Source of the DNA: Candidatus Binatia bacterium
GTDB taxonomy: Bacteria; Desulfobacterota; Binatia; DP-6
Length of the DNA: 64,000 bases
NCBI GenBank assembly: GCA_036009625.1
Contig: DASYLJ010000167.1
Span: 1,323 to 65,322 of the forward strand
Reading direction: 5' to 3'
The notes under the pieces: generated by a model
Database searches by the model: none
What the model saw: the letters and a program-made list of their open reading frames with translations, nothing else
What the model was told of the DNA's origin: nothing
Shown: piece by piece, positions 1-10,200 of the stretch
Layout: every line of letters starts with the position of its first letter
How positions within the stretch are numbered: the first letter of the stretch is position 1
Translations under genes and position numbers: made by a program

Positions 1-522
1 GTGCTCATCGTGCTGGGCGCGGCAGCCTGGTACTGGCAGAGCCAGATCATCGGCTATGGCGCGCAGTGGTACCTCGCGCGGCAGGCGCGGGCGGAGGAAT
101 CGTCGGGCGGCGTCGAGAAGCGGCGCGCGACCCTGGCGAAGTTCAACCAGATGCTGCTGATGCCGGTGCCGGACGACGCGCTGGTGCCGGAGCTCTACGA
201 TCTGGTGACGGCCCTGTCGTCCCGGGTGGCGACCGGCGAGATATCGATCAACTGGGCGGCCTACGTGTACACCACGTACCAGCGCGACATGGTGCGTGAC
301 CGGCCCACCGGCCAGCCGCGACGCTCCCCCGAGGAGGTCACGGCGCAGCTCGCGAAGTACATCGAGTTCTTCTCGATCCAGAAGCGTCCCGATGCGCGCG
401 GCATCACCGTCGGCGACGTCATCGGCGCCGACGGTGACGAGGTGATCACGCTCGACGAGATCGAAGAATCCGATCGCACCGGCAAGCAGATCGACCTGCG
501 TCACCGCGGCGAGCACGAGTGA
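1..522 (+). CDS. hypothetical protein with N-terminal hydrophobic segment (possibly 5'-partial at window edge)
   Basis: Open frame from base 1 (GTG) to stop at 520-522. N-terminus IVLGAAAWYW is hydrophobic. No family recognised. Confidence 0.45.
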   Translation: MLIVLGAAAWYWQSQIIGYGAQWYLARQARAEESSGGVEKRRATLAKFNQMLLMPVPDDALVPELYDLVTALSSRVATGEISINWAAYVYTTYQRDMVRDRPTGQPRRSPEEVTAQLAKYIEFFSIQKRPDARGITVGDVIGADGDEVITLDEIEESDRTGKQIDLRHRGEHE

Positions 523-526
523 CGCG

Positions 527-1352
527 TCACCCGGCGGCGGACACGCCCCGGGTCGCGAAGTGCTGCTCGGGGACGGCGAAGCCGGCTTCGCCGAACGTCT
601 CGCGGATCGTGCGGTTGGTGTCGAAGTACACCTGCCAGTAGCTGGCGTTGGCGGTATACGGCCGCACCGCGAGCACCGGACCGGCGAGCGTGAAGTCGAG
701 GATCTCGACGTCCGGGGCGGGGGTCTGCAGGACGTTCGGAATCGTGGCGAGACGCTCCTTCAGCAGCCGGACGGCATCGGCCGGATTCACGCCGTGCGCG
801 AGCTGTGCCGTCAGATCGACGCGACGATAGGGATTCGCCGAGAAGTTCTGGATCGTGTCGCTGAAGATCTTTCCGTTGCCGACGAACGAGCGGATGTTGT
901 CGGGTGTGTTGATCGTGGTGACGAACAGCCCGATCTCCTCCACCGTGCCGGTGACGCCGCCGGCGCAGATGAAGTCGCCCACCGCGAACGGCCGCAGGAC
1001 GATCAGGAACGCGCCGGCCGCGAAAGTTCGAGAGCAGCCCGCCCCAGGCGACGCCGATCGCTACGCCGCCGGCCGCGACGAGGGCGGCGAAGGTCGTCGT
1101 CTCGACGCCGAAGAAGCCCATGATGGCGATGATGAGCGCGATGTTCAGCATCACGCCGATGGTGTTCGAGGCGTAGGTCACGAGCGTCGGCTCGACGTGC
1201 CGGTGCAGCATGCTCACCGACATGAGGCGCAGCGCGCGGGCGATCAGCCAGCGGCCGACGATCCACAGCGCGAGCGCGCCGAGGAGCTTCAGTCCCACGA
1301 CCGTCAGGACGCTGATGAGCGTGGTGAGGAAGACGGGCGCATCGTTGGGCAT
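527..1352 (-). pseudogene. small-conductance mechanosensitive channel (MscS family), interrupted by a +1 frameshift
   Basis: The N-terminal TM part MPNDAPVFLTTLISVLTVVGLK...GVAWGGLLSNF starts at the ATG at 1352, inside the long 501..2411 ORF. The C-terminal part GDFICAGGVTGTVEEIGLFVTTINTPDN lies in ORF 527..982, in another frame. Dropping one base from the A-run at 1023-1025 restores the canonical junction LLSNFAAGAFLIVLRPFAVGDFI. The span is 826 nt, i.e. 275 codons plus 1. Confidence 0.75.
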
Positions 1353-1466
1353 CGTGACCTCCCGGTTGGGGCGCCGCCGTGGCGCGTGCTTCGTGCATGC
1401 CCCGTGTCGGCACCCCGAAGCAAGGTAGGTGGCCGGGCTGCTGGGCGATGGGCTAGAACCCCCGCC

Positions 1467-1874
1467 ATGACGACGACGAACGTGCAGCTCGCCCGGCGCT
1501 GGTTCGAGGAGGTGTGGAACGCCCGCAACCCCGGCATCATCGACGAGCTGGCGGCGCCCGCGTGCGTCGGCCACCACGAGGGCGGCGAGACCACGCGCAG
1601 CCCCGGTGAATGGCGGGCGATGCAGCAGCGGTTCCTCGACGCCATTCCCGACGCGTGCATCACGCTCGAGGAGGTGCTCGGCGACGGTGATCAGGTCGTC
1701 GTGCGGTGGCGCTGCACCGGCCGGCACACCGGCACCGGGCTCGACATCGAGCCCTCGGGGCGCCCGATCGACGTCCGCGGCGTCACTTGGCTGCGCTTCG
1801 AGGAGGGACGCATCGCCGAAGGCTGGGACAGCTGGAACCTGGGCGGCCTGCTCGCCCACCTGGCCGGCGTCTAG
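1467..1874 (+). CDS. SnoaL-like / ester cyclase family protein
   Basis: 135 aa starting MTTTNVQLARRWFEEVWNARN, then ...GDQVVVRWRCTGRHTGTG...VRGVTWLRFEEGRIAEGWDSWN. This is the typical NTF2-like ester cyclase pattern. It occupies the 3' part of ORF 855..1874. Confidence 0.7.
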   Translation: MTTTNVQLARRWFEEVWNARNPGIIDELAAPACVGHHEGGETTRSPGEWRAMQQRFLDAIPDACITLEEVLGDGDQVVVRWRCTGRHTGTGLDIEPSGRPIDVRGVTWLRFEEGRIAEGWDSWNLGGLLAHLAGV

Positions 1875-2525
1875 GTGTCGATGCGCTCGGCGGTGATCTT
1901 CGATTGCGACGGCGTCCTCTTCGACTCCTGGAAGGCGAACATCGCGTACTACGACGCGATTCGTGCGGCTCTCGGTCTGGCCCCGATGGACGCCGAGTGG
2001 CAGCGCCAGGCGCATTTCCTGGCGGCCTCGCAGCTCCTCGACGCCATGTTCGTGGCCGATCCGGCGCTGCTCACCGCGGCACGGGAGGCGGCACGGGCCA
2101 TCGACTACGGGCCGTTCTACGAGCTGATGGCGCCGGCGCCCGGGCTCTTCGAGCTGCTGAGCGAGCTGAAGACGGCGCATCGTCTCGGCATGGCGACGAA
2201 CCGCAGCACCACGGTGGCGGGGGTGATGACGCGGTTCGGACTCGGTCGGTGGCTCGACGCCGCCATCGGGCTGCTCGACGTCGCCCATCCCAAGCCGGCG
2301 CCGGACGTGATCGTCGCGTGCCTGGAAAGACTCGACGTGTCGCCGGCCGCGGCACTCTACGTCGGCGATGCCGAGTCCGACCTTCACGCGGCGCGCGCCG
2401 CGGGAGTCCACTTCGTCGCCGTCGGGTCGCCGGCGTGGAGTCCCGTCGCCGTGCCGGTGCTGTCGTCGCTGCCGGCGTACGTGCGGACGCTCACCCTCGG
2501 GACGTCACCCGTCGACCCGCGTTGA
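1875..2525 (+). CDS. HAD-superfamily hydrolase (phosphoglycolate phosphatase-like)
   Basis: HAD motif I is VIFDCDGVLFDS and the late motif is YVGDAESDLHAARAAG. GTG at 1875 directly follows the upstream stop; the alternative ATG is at 1881. Confidence 0.8.
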   Translation: MSMRSAVIFDCDGVLFDSWKANIAYYDAIRAALGLAPMDAEWQRQAHFLAASQLLDAMFVADPALLTAAREAARAIDYGPFYELMAPAPGLFELLSELKTAHRLGMATNRSTTVAGVMTRFGLGRWLDAAIGLLDVAHPKPAPDVIVACLERLDVSPAAALYVGDAESDLHAARAAGVHFVAVGSPAWSPVAVPVLSSLPAYVRTLTLGTSPVDPR

Positions 2526-2556
2526 GCGCCGCTGGCCGATGCGATAGCCGGTCGGC

Positions 2557-2922
2557 ATGACCGACGCCGACACCACGCTCTCCGTCCTGAAGGAACGGGT
2601 CACGGCCTTCTGCACGGCGCGCGACTGGGATCAGTTCCACGGTCCGCGCGACCTCGCCATCGGCGCCGTCACCGAGGCGGCGGAGCTGCTGGCGCTGTTC
2701 CGCTTCCGTACCGACGACGAGATATCGGCTACGCTTGCCGATCCCGTCGCCCGCGTGCCGGCCGAGCACGAGTTGGCGGACGTGATGTTCTTCCTGCTCC
2801 GCCTCGCGGCGCGACACGGCATCGACGTCGCCGGCGCGTGCGAGCGCAAGCTCGCCGTCAACGAGACGCGCTATCCGGTTGCGACGTCGCGCGGCAGCAA
2901 CCGGAAGTACACCGAGCTATGA
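2557..2922 (+). CDS. MazG-like nucleotide pyrophosphohydrolase
   Basis: FCTARDWDQFHGPRDLAIGAVTEAAELLALFRF and ELADVMFFLLRLA match the small all-alpha MazG/dCTPase-like family pattern. Confidence 0.7.
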   Translation: MTDADTTLSVLKERVTAFCTARDWDQFHGPRDLAIGAVTEAAELLALFRFRTDDEISATLADPVARVPAEHELADVMFFLLRLAARHGIDVAGACERKLAVNETRYPVATSRGSNRKYTEL

Positions 2923-3332
2923 GCGACACCGCGCTCGACGTGTTGTTGGTCGAGGACAACCGTCACGACCTCGACGTCACGCGCCAGGCACTCCGGCGCC
3001 ACCACCTCGTGAACGACGTCCACGTGGTCGGCGATGGCGAGGCGGCGCTGGCCCGTCTTCGCGACGGCGCCCCGCACCCGTCGCTGGTGCTGCTCGACCT
3101 CGATCAGCCGGGAATCCCGGGAATCGAGGTCGTGCGACGGCTGCGCGGCGACGCCCACACGCGGGCGATCCCGTTGATCGTGCTCACCGCGACGCGCCAC
3201 GAACCCGAGCTGCAGGAGTGCTACCGGCTCGGCGTCTCGACGTTCATCGTGAAGCCGGTCGACTTCGTGCAGTTCGCCACCGCCGTTCGCGAGCTCGGCT
3301 TCCGCTGGCGGCTGCTCCTGCCGGAGCGCTAG
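2919..3332 (+). CDS. single-domain response regulator (receiver only)
   Basis: [10 protein letters not shown]..., [24 protein letters not shown] and FIVKP are receiver motifs. The ATG at 2919 overlaps the upstream stop (ATGA). Confidence 0.8.
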   Translation: MSDTALDVLLVEDNRHDLDVTRQALRRHHLVNDVHVVGDGEAALARLRDGAPHPSLVLLDLDQPGIPGIEVVRRLRGDAHTRAIPLIVLTATRHEPELQECYRLGVSTFIVKPVDFVQFATAVRELGFRWRLLLPER

Positions 3333-4285
3333 CTGTCCTGCGCGAACAGCACCGTCGACAGGTAGCGTTCACCCGAGTCGGGCAGGACGGTGACGATGGT
3401 CTTGCCGGCGAAGGCGTCCTCATTGGCGAGGCGCAGCGCCACGACGGCGGCGGCGCCGCACGAGATGCCGCTCAGGATGCCTTCCTCCTTCGCGAGCCGG
3501 TGCGCCATGGCGATCGACTCCTCGTCGGTCACCGTCTCGACGCGATCGACGAGCGAGAGGTCGAGATTCCCCGGAATGAAGCCGGCACCGATGCCCTGGA
3601 TCTTGTGCGGCGACGGCTTGAGTGGCTCGCCGGCGAGACTCTGCGAGATGACGGGACTCTTCGCGGGCTCGACCGCCACGGTCACGATCGCCTTCTGCTT
3701 GGTCTTCTTGATGTAGCGCGAGACGCCCGTGATGGTGCCGCCGGTGCCGACACCGGAGACGAAGACGTCGATGGCGCCGTCGGTGTCGTCCCAGATCTCG
3801 GGGCCGGTGGTGCGCTCGTGGATCGCGGGGTTCGCCGGATTCGCGAACTGCTGCGGCATGAACCAATGCTCGGGATCGGAGGCCACGATGCCTTCGGCGC
3901 GCCGGATGGCGCCCGTCATGCCCTCGGCGCCCGGCGTGAGCTCGAGGTTGGCGCCAAAGGCGGCGAGAACCTTGCGCCGCTCGATGCTCATCGTCTCCGG
4001 CATCGTCAGCGTCAGCGGATACCCGCGCGAGGCGCAGACGAACGCCAGCGCGATGCCGGTGTTACCGCTGGTGGGCTCGACGACCTTCACGCCGGGCTTG
4101 AGGAGCCCGCGCTCCTCGGCGTCCCAGATCATGGCGGCGCCGATGCGGCACTTCACTGAATAGGCAGGGTTGCGGCCTTCGATCTTGGCCAGGATGCGCG
4201 CCTTGGCGCCGGCACCGATCCGCTTCAGGTGGACGAGCGGGGTGCCCCCGATGGACTGCGAGTTGTCTTCGAATATGTGGGCCAT
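3329..4285 (-). CDS. cysK: cysteine synthase A (O-acetylserine sulfhydrylase)
   Basis: Full-length 318 aa with [19 protein letters not shown] (PLP lysine), [12 protein letters not shown] and [10 protein letters not shown]. Confidence 0.95.
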   Translation of the reverse strand: MAHIFEDNSQSIGGTPLVHLKRIGAGAKARILAKIEGRNPAYSVKCRIGAAMIWDAEERGLLKPGVKVVEPTSGNTGIALAFVCASRGYPLTLTMPETMSIERRKVLAAFGANLELTPGAEGMTGAIRRAEGIVASDPEHWFMPQQFANPANPAIHERTTGPEIWDDTDGAIDVFVSGVGTGGTITGVSRYIKKTKQKAIVTVAVEPAKSPVISQSLAGEPLKPSPHKIQGIGAGFIPGNLDLSLVDRVETVTDEESIAMAHRLAKEEGILSGISCGAAAVVALRLANEDAFAGKTIVTVLPDSGERYLSTVLFAQDS

Positions 4286-4297
4286 GGAGCCTGCCTT

Positions 4298-5212
4298 TCA
4301 GATCTGGAAATCGAGAGCCGAATCGAGCTGCATCTGCTGCGGCGTGCGTACCACGATCCGCGTCTCCGGTGGAACGCTCTGCGTCAGCCAGACGTTGCCG
4401 CCGATGACCGAGCCGCGTCCGATGCGCACGGGACCGAGGATCGTCGCACCCGCGTAGATGGTGACGTCGTCCTCGATGTCCGGGTGTCGCTTGGTGCCCT
4501 TGATGATGCGGCCGCGGTTGTCGCGCGGGAAGCTGCGCGCGCCGAGGGTCACGCCCTGGTAGAGCTTTACGTTGTCGCCGATGACGGACGTGGCACCGAT
4601 GACGACGCCGGTGCCGTGGTCGATGAAGAAGCGGCGGCCGATGACGGCGCCGGGATGGATATCGATGCCGGTGCGCGAGTGCGCGAACTCGCTCATGACG
4701 CGCGGAACGATGGGGATGTCGTCGGCGTCCAGCTCGTGCGCGAGCCGGTAGACGGCGATCGCCTGCAGGCCGGGATAGGCGAGGATGATCTCCTCGAAGG
4801 AGTGCGCCGCGGGGTCGCCGTCGAAGGCGGCCTCGATGTCCGAGGCGAGCGCATCGCGGATCGCAGGGATGCGCTCGAGGAGCCGCAGGGTCGCCGTGGC
4901 GGCGCGGTCGCGACACTCGGCGAAGGGCGTGTCGCTCGGCGCGCGAAAGCGGCAACCCTTCTCGATTTCGCGATGGAGCCTCTGCTCGATCGAACGGACG
5001 CGTGCCGCGGTGCGGTCGGCGAGCTCGTCGGCCGCCAGTGCCGCCGGTTCGAGAAAGCCGGGGAACAGCAGCCGGAGGAGATCCTGGACCACGGCCCAGA
5101 TGATCTCGCGACTCGGGAGATGATCGCGGGCGACGTGCGCCAGCTCACCGCGCTCCTGGTAGCTGGCGAGGATGGCCGTGACGATGGGGGTCAACGCCGA
5201 GGCAGGCTCCAT
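4298..5212 (-). CDS. cysE: serine O-acetyltransferase
   Basis: Starts MEPASALTPIV (ATG at 5212). Has the N-terminal SATase helical region and the hexapeptide region GIDIHPGAVIGRRFFIDHGTGVVIGATSVIGDNV. It lies directly upstream of cysK on the same strand. Confidence 0.9.
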   Translation of the reverse strand: MEPASALTPIVTAILASYQERGELAHVARDHLPSREIIWAVVQDLLRLLFPGFLEPAALAADELADRTAARVRSIEQRLHREIEKGCRFRAPSDTPFAECRDRAATATLRLLERIPAIRDALASDIEAAFDGDPAAHSFEEIILAYPGLQAIAVYRLAHELDADDIPIVPRVMSEFAHSRTGIDIHPGAVIGRRFFIDHGTGVVIGATSVIGDNVKLYQGVTLGARSFPRDNRGRIIKGTKRHPDIEDDVTIYAGATILGPVRIGRGSVIGGNVWLTQSVPPETRIVVRTPQQMQLDSALDFQI

Positions 5213-5278
5213 GATCGCCGCAGTGTAGTCGTCGACGCGCAGCGTAACCAGATGCGCACGCTGGTGTTGGCGGAACCC

Positions 5279-5695
5279 ATGATGACGCTCCCCCGTGTCG
5301 CGGCCGGTGTGGCCGCACTCGCCCTGGTCGCCGGCTGTGCCGCGCGCCAGCCGGTCCTCTACCGCAACGCCACCTACGACGAGCGGGGCCCCGCCGTCGC
5401 CGACCAGAGCGTCGGGGAGTGCATGCAGGAGGCCGAGGTCTACGGGCAGTCGAATCCGGCGCCCGCGATCGTGCGCGACACGTTCATCGGTAGCGTCGTG
5501 GGCGCGGCCGGGGGCGTCGTCGGGGGCGCGATCTGGGGCAACCCGGGCATCGGTGCCGCCTCCGGCGCGGCGGCGGGCGCGGTCAGCTCGCTCCTCTACA
5601 GCGCGATCCAGCCGCGACCGGCCGATCCGGCCTACATGGCCGGCGTCACCCGCTGCCTCCACGATCGCGGCTACGAGGTCCTCGCCTGGCAGTGA
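5279..5695 (+). CDS. lipoprotein with glycine-zipper region
   Basis: Signal peptide plus lipobox AALALVAGC. Glycine zipper is GSVVGAAGGVVGGAIWGNPGIGAASGAAAGAV. It occupies the 3' part of ORF 4229..5695. Confidence 0.65.
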   Translation: MMTLPRVAAGVAALALVAGCAARQPVLYRNATYDERGPAVADQSVGECMQEAEVYGQSNPAPAIVRDTFIGSVVGAAGGVVGGAIWGNPGIGAASGAAAGAVSSLLYSAIQPRPADPAYMAGVTRCLHDRGYEVLAWQ

Positions 5696-5698
5696 CGC

Positions 5699-6757
5699 TC
5701 AGGGTCGCGCTTCGATCACTAGGTTGAATGGCGTGGAGGTGGCGAGCCGAATGCGGGTGAAGCCCGCCTCGGCGAGCACCGCCCGCAGGCGTCCTTCGCC
5801 GGCCTGGGCGCCGAGCGCCGCGCCCACCTCCTGCGACAGCGATGCCGGCGTGCACACCAACGTCGACACCGAATAGAAGATCCGACCGACCGGATTCAGG
5901 TTGTCCTCGACGGCGTCGTTCGCGAACGGCTCGACCAGCATCCAGGTGCCGTCCGGCGCCAGTGCCTCGCGGACGTGGCGCGCGGCGCCGACCGGATCGC
6001 CCATGTCGTGCAGGCAGTCGAAGAACGTCACCAGGTCGTAGCCGGTGCCTGGGAACGTCTGGGCGCTCGCGACCTCGAAGCGGGCGCGCTCGGCGACACC
6101 CGCGGCCTGCGCGCGCTCGCGCGCCTTCTCGATCGACGGCGGGTGATAGTCGAAGCCGGTGATGGTCGCGTGCGGGAACGCCTGCGCCATGATCAGGGTC
6201 GAGGCGCCGTGGCCGCAGCCGACGTCGGCCACCTTGCCGCCCCGGTCGAGCGCGGCCTGCACCCCGTCGAGCGCGGGAATCCAGGACGACACCAGGTTGG
6301 CATTGTAGCCCGGCCGGAAGAAGCGCTCCGTGCCGATGAAGAGATCGGGATCGTGCTCGTGCCAGCCGAGCCCGTCGCCGCTGCGGAAGCGGTCGATGAT
6401 CTTCGGCGTCGCGCGCATGGCCGCCGTCATGGCCTGGAAGCCGCCGAGCATGCAGGCGGGGCTGTTCTCGTCGGTGAGGCTGACGGCGTGCGCCTCGGGG
6501 AGCGTGTAGCGCTTCGTCGCCGGATCGTAGGTGACGTATCCCGCCGCGGCCTGCGCATTGAGCCATTCCCGCACGTAGCGTTCGACGGTGTCGGTGCGCT
6601 TCGCCAGCTCGGCGGGCGTCACGGCGCCGTCCGCCGCCATCGCGCGGTACAGGCCGAGGCGATCGCCGATGACGACCATCGAGGCCGTCAGCGCAGCGCC
6701 GAGGTCACCGAGGGCCTTCTCCACGAACTTGCCGACATCGGCTTCTGTAGCAGCCAT
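5699..6757 (-). CDS. class I SAM-dependent methyltransferase with N-terminal helical/wHTH-like domain
   Basis: SAM motif is VADVGCGHGASTLIMA, and FDCLHDMGDP lies downstream. GGGAGGA Shine-Dalgarno sits before the ATG at 6757. Confidence 0.85.
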   Translation of the reverse strand: MAATEADVGKFVEKALGDLGAALTASMVVIGDRLGLYRAMAADGAVTPAELAKRTDTVERYVREWLNAQAAAGYVTYDPATKRYTLPEAHAVSLTDENSPACMLGGFQAMTAAMRATPKIIDRFRSGDGLGWHEHDPDLFIGTERFFRPGYNANLVSSWIPALDGVQAALDRGGKVADVGCGHGASTLIMAQAFPHATITGFDYHPPSIEKARERAQAAGVAERARFEVASAQTFPGTGYDLVTFFDCLHDMGDPVGAARHVREALAPDGTWMLVEPFANDAVEDNLNPVGRIFYSVSTLVCTPASLSQEVGAALGAQAGEGRLRAVLAEAGFTRIRLATSTPFNLVIEARP

Positions 6758-6848
6758 CGTTCGATCCTCCCTGTGTGCGGTGAAGTGCGCCGGTCATGAC
6801 ACAGGTGGGATGGGGCCGCCATGGGTGGCACGCATTGACGCCGCGCCG

Positions 6849-7367
6849 ATGGCCGGCGATCCTCGGCCCATGCCGCTGCGCATTCGTCCCGCCGTCGCCG
6901 CCGACGTGTCGGCCCTGGCCGATCTCGTCCGCGAGCTGAACGCCTTCCACGGCGACCCAGTCGAGCACTGCACCGCCGAGACGCTGCTGCGCGACGGCTT
7001 CGGCCAGCGCCCGGCCTTCGCCGTACACGTGGCCGAGCTCGACGGGGCGCTCGTTGGTTACGCCCTCTACCACGATGCCTACGAGCCCGTGTACGCGGCA
7101 CGCGGTGTCTACATGAGCGACCTCATGGTGACGGCCGCGGCGCGCGGCAGCGGGGCAGGGCGCGCCCTGGTGGCGGCGGTGGCCGCCGAAGCGCGGCGAC
7201 GGGGCGCGTCGTTCGTCGGCTGGGTGTCGCGCGCCTGGAACCAGGACGCGCAGGCATTCTACCGTCGTCTCGGCGCCATCGAGGAGCCGACCATCAGCCA
7301 CGCGATCGCCTTCGAGGCCTTCACGACGCTCGCCGACGAAGCCGAGCGTCGTCAGGCGTCGGAGTAG
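6849..7367 (+). CDS. GNAT family N-acetyltransferase
   Basis: RIRPAVAADVSALADLV and the acetyl-CoA motif RGSGAGRALVAAVAAEARRRGA, followed by AQAFYRRLGA. An alternative start at 6870 (MPLRIRP) is equally plausible. Confidence 0.75.
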   Translation: MAGDPRPMPLRIRPAVAADVSALADLVRELNAFHGDPVEHCTAETLLRDGFGQRPAFAVHVAELDGALVGYALYHDAYEPVYAARGVYMSDLMVTAAARGSGAGRALVAAVAAEARRRGASFVGWVSRAWNQDAQAFYRRLGAIEEPTISHAIAFEAFTTLADEAERRQASE

Positions 7368-7371
7368 TCGC

Positions 7372-9690
7372 TCAGGCGGGTGTCGCGGGGACCGGTGCGG
7401 TGTCGATGGTGATCGGCGTCGCGGTCAGGCGGTCGATGCAGGCGGCGAGATCGGCGGCCTTGAGCGGCTTCGAGACGTAGCCGTCCATGCCGGCATCGAG
7501 GCAGCGCTCGGCGTCGCCCTTCATGGCGTGGGCGGTGACGGCGATGATCGGCAGGTGCCCGCCGACCTCGCGCTCGCGGGCGCGGATCGCGGCGGTGGCT
7601 TCGAGGCCGTCCATCACCGGCATCTGGACGTCCATCAGGACGACGTCGAACGGCTCGCGCGCGATGGCGTCGACCGCCTCGGCGCCGTTCTCGACCGCGA
7701 CGACGGTGTGTCCGAGCTTCTCGAGCACGCGCAGTCCGAGGAGCCGGTTCACAGGATTGTCCTCGGCCAGTAGGATGTGGCGGGACGCGCCGTGGACGAC
7801 CGCGACACGCGGGGCCGCGGGGGCCTGACGCTCCGCCGGTGCGCCGCCGAGCACCTGCTGGATGGCGCGCAGCAGCTCCGCGCTCTTGACCGGCTTCGTC
7901 AGATAGCCGGCGACGCCGGCGGCGCGACAGCGCTCCACGTCGCCCGAGCGTCCCGCCGAGGTGAGGATGACGATGGGCACGCCGCGCAGGCCGGGATCGG
8001 CGTGGATGTGCTCGGCGACCTCGATGCCGTCCATGTCGGGCATGTGGACGTCGAGGATGATCAGGCCGAACGGCAGACCGGCATGATGGGCCGCGCGCAG
8101 CGCAGCCAGCCCGGCGGCGCCGCCGTCGACGGTCATCGGCCGTGCCAGCCAGCCGCGGCACATCGCTTCGAGGATGCGACGGTTGGTGGCGTTGTCGTCG
8201 ACGATCAGTACCGGCAGGCCGTCGAGGACCAGCGGCGGGCACGGCGGTGGCGGCGCGACGCAGTCCGTGTCGATACCGAGATGGCACGTGAAGTTGAACG
8301 TGCTGCCGCTGCCGACCGTGCTCTCCACCCAGATCCGGCCCTGCATCAGGTCGACGAGCTGCTGCGAGATGGTGAGGCCGAGGCCGGTACCGCCGTAGCG
8401 GCGCGTGGTCGATCCATCGGCCTGCGTGAACGACTCGAAGACGCGGGCTTGGCGCTCGGGCGGGATGCCGATGCCGGTGTCGCGCACGGCGAACTGCAGC
8501 TGCACCTCGTTCTCCGACGCCGACAGGAGTCGGACCGCGACGGTGACCTCGCCGTGCTCGGTGAACTTGATGGCGTTACCGATCAGGTTGACCAGCACCT
8601 GCCGCAGTCGCACCGGATCGCCGACGATGCCGTCGGGCACGTCGCCGGCAACCTCGCCGGCGATCTCGAGGCCCTTGGCGTGTGCGCGCATCGCGAGCGT
8701 CTTCAGGGTGTCGCCGAGGTGGTTGCGGAGCGCGAACGGCACGCGCTCGAGGTCGAGCTTGCCGGCCTCGATCTTCGAGAAGTCGAGGATGTCGTTCAGG
8801 ATCGCGAGCAGCGAGTCGGCCGAGGCGCGCGCCACCTCGAGGTACTCGCGCTGCTCGGCCGTCAGGTCGGTGTCGAGCGCGAGCTCCGTCATGCCGATGA
8901 CGCCGTTCATCGGCGTCCGGATCTCGTGGCTCATGTTGGCGAGGAACTCGCTCTTCGCCTGGCTGGCCGCGGTCGCCGCCGTCACCGCCTCGTGCGCCTG
9001 GCGCGACAGGCGGTTGCCGTAGAGCGTCGCGACCAGGATCACGAGGATCACCAGCGCGCCCATCGCGTACTCGACCTTGCGCATGCCGCCGGCACGCTCG
9101 GCTTGTGCCGCCAGCCCCGCGTTCTGCGCCCGTAGGGCGACGGCACGGAGCTCGTCGAAGGCGGCGGTCACCTGGGCGAAGCGCTCGACCATGCTCGCCA
9201 TGCGCTCGGCGGCACGGTCGGTGAGCCCGGAGCGGAAGTACGAGAAGATGTAGTGCGAGCCGTTGACCGTCTCGTCCATCGCGGCGGAGATGCGTTGCAG
9301 GGCCTCCTGGATGGCTGGACGCGCGGCCTCGTCGATGGCGGTCGCTGCCTCCGTGCGTGCGCCGTCGAGTGCTTCCTCGAAGATCTCGAGCGCATCGCCG
9401 AGCTTCTCGATCGCGCCCTCGACCTCTTTGGACCGGAAGAGCTCGATGCTGGGCTCGTGCACCTTCCCAGCCAGCTCGGCGAGCTCGCCGTAGCGCAGGA
9501 GGCGGGCCGACCACTCCTGGTTGACGTGCACGGCATCGGCATAGTCGCGCACCAGCGTGCGGCTCAGGACGACGCTGGCGACGACGGCGAGCACACAGAC
9601 GGAGGCCTGCAGGAGGTAGAGCCATACCCACTTGGGCCGGTGCCCGAGCGTAGCGCTGCCCCCAGAGTGCTGTGCCGCCATCCGACTCAC
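7372..9690 (-). CDS. hybrid sensor histidine kinase with two C-terminal receiver domains
   Basis: Two TM segments flank a helical sensor region. H-box is [17 protein letters not shown] boxes are [16 protein letters not shown] and [10 protein letters not shown]. Two REC domains carry [13 protein letters not shown] and [13 protein letters not shown]. Confidence 0.9.
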   Translation of the reverse strand: MSRMAAQHSGGSATLGHRPKWVWLYLLQASVCVLAVVASVVLSRTLVRDYADAVHVNQEWSARLLRYGELAELAGKVHEPSIELFRSKEVEGAIEKLGDALEIFEEALDGARTEAATAIDEAARPAIQEALQRISAAMDETVNGSHYIFSYFRSGLTDRAAERMASMVERFAQVTAAFDELRAVALRAQNAGLAAQAERAGGMRKVEYAMGALVILVILVATLYGNRLSRQAHEAVTAATAASQAKSEFLANMSHEIRTPMNGVIGMTELALDTDLTAEQREYLEVARASADSLLAILNDILDFSKIEAGKLDLERVPFALRNHLGDTLKTLAMRAHAKGLEIAGEVAGDVPDGIVGDPVRLRQVLVNLIGNAIKFTEHGEVTVAVRLLSASENEVQLQFAVRDTGIGIPPERQARVFESFTQADGSTTRRYGGTGLGLTISQQLVDLMQGRIWVESTVGSGSTFNFTCHLGIDTDCVAPPPPCPPLVLDGLPVLIVDDNATNRRILEAMCRGWLARPMTVDGGAAGLAALRAAHHAGLPFGLIILDVHMPDMDGIEVAEHIHADPGLRGVPIVILTSAGRSGDVERCRAAGVAGYLTKPVKSAELLRAIQQVLGGAPAERQAPAAPRVAVVHGASRHILLAEDNPVNRLLGLRVLEKLGHTVVAVENGAEAVDAIAREPFDVVLMDVQMPVMDGLEATAAIRAREREVGGHLPIIAVTAHAMKGDAERCLDAGMDGYVSKPLKAADLAACIDRLTATPITIDTAPVPATPA

Positions 9691-9810
9691 ACTTCGGGTG
9701 ATCGGCGCCCCTCCTTGAATGCAAAGGTGATTTCTTCTTGATGGTGGTGAGCTCCCGGCGGCCAGCCCGGCAGATATTTCCTGGTCCCAGACCAGTGGGT
9801 CGGAGGATCG

Positions 9811-10200
9811 TCACGCCCCTGGTCGATGGACCGGCAGACCGCTCGCCACCCAGGCACGGAATCCACCTTCCATGTCGGTCGCGTGCACGAGGCCCAGGTC
9901 CTGCAGCACGGCGGCGGCGAGGCTCGATGCGTAGCCCTCGGTGCAGACCAGGACGATGGGCTGCTCGTAGCCGGTGACGGCGTCGATCCGGTACAGGCTC
10001 GACGGATCGAGACGCCACTCGAGGACGTTGCGGCCGATGGCGACTGCGCCCGGCATCTCGCCCTCGCGCTGGCGCTCCGACTGCGGTCGGAGGTCGACCA
10101 GGAGTCCACCACGCGACGCCACCGTCGCCGCAGCCTGCGGCGTGACGCGTGCGAGACGGGCACGCGCATCCGCCAGCAGCTCATCGACGGAGCGGCTCAT
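9811..10200 (-). CDS. rhodanese-domain sulfurtransferase
   Basis: 129 aa with LVDLRPQSE..., the active-site loop VCTEGYASS and GGFRAWVASGLP. Its ATG overlaps the upstream stop (ATGA). Confidence 0.8.
   Translation of the reverse strand: MSRSVDELLADARARLARVTPQAAATVASRGGLLVDLRPQSERQREGEMPGAVAIGRNVLEWRLDPSSLYRIDAVTGYEQPIVLVCTEGYASSLAAAVLQDLGLVHATDMEGGFRAWVASGLPVHRPGA

Noticed and set aside
501-2411. 636-aa minus-strand ORF spanning several plus-strand genes
   Set aside because: Only its segment from 1352 to about 1024 (the MscS N-terminus) looks like real protein. The rest is Arg/Pro/Gly-rich antisense read-through of the SnoaL-like and HAD genes, typical of high-GC DNA.
3329-3332. Convergent genes sharing a CTAG tetranucleotide as both stop codons (also at 46322-46325)
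   Set aside because: It is real in the sequence but is most simply a by-product of compact genome organisation. There is no evidence of function.
2879-4159. 426-aa plus-strand ORF
   Set aside because: It is antisense to cysK, whose identity is unambiguous. Its translation is low-complexity R/A/P/G-rich with no motifs.
6827-6845. TGGCACGCATTGACG upstream of the GNAT gene as a sigma-54 promoter
   Set aside because: The TTG is two positions too close to the GG and is followed by A, not C. It also abuts the start codon.
7352-10018. Alternative-frame ORFs (7352..8287 -, 8576..10018 -, 7777..9135 +) over the histidine kinase
   Set aside because: The kinase frame carries all H/N/G-box and receiver motifs. 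The others are R/P/G-rich shadows.
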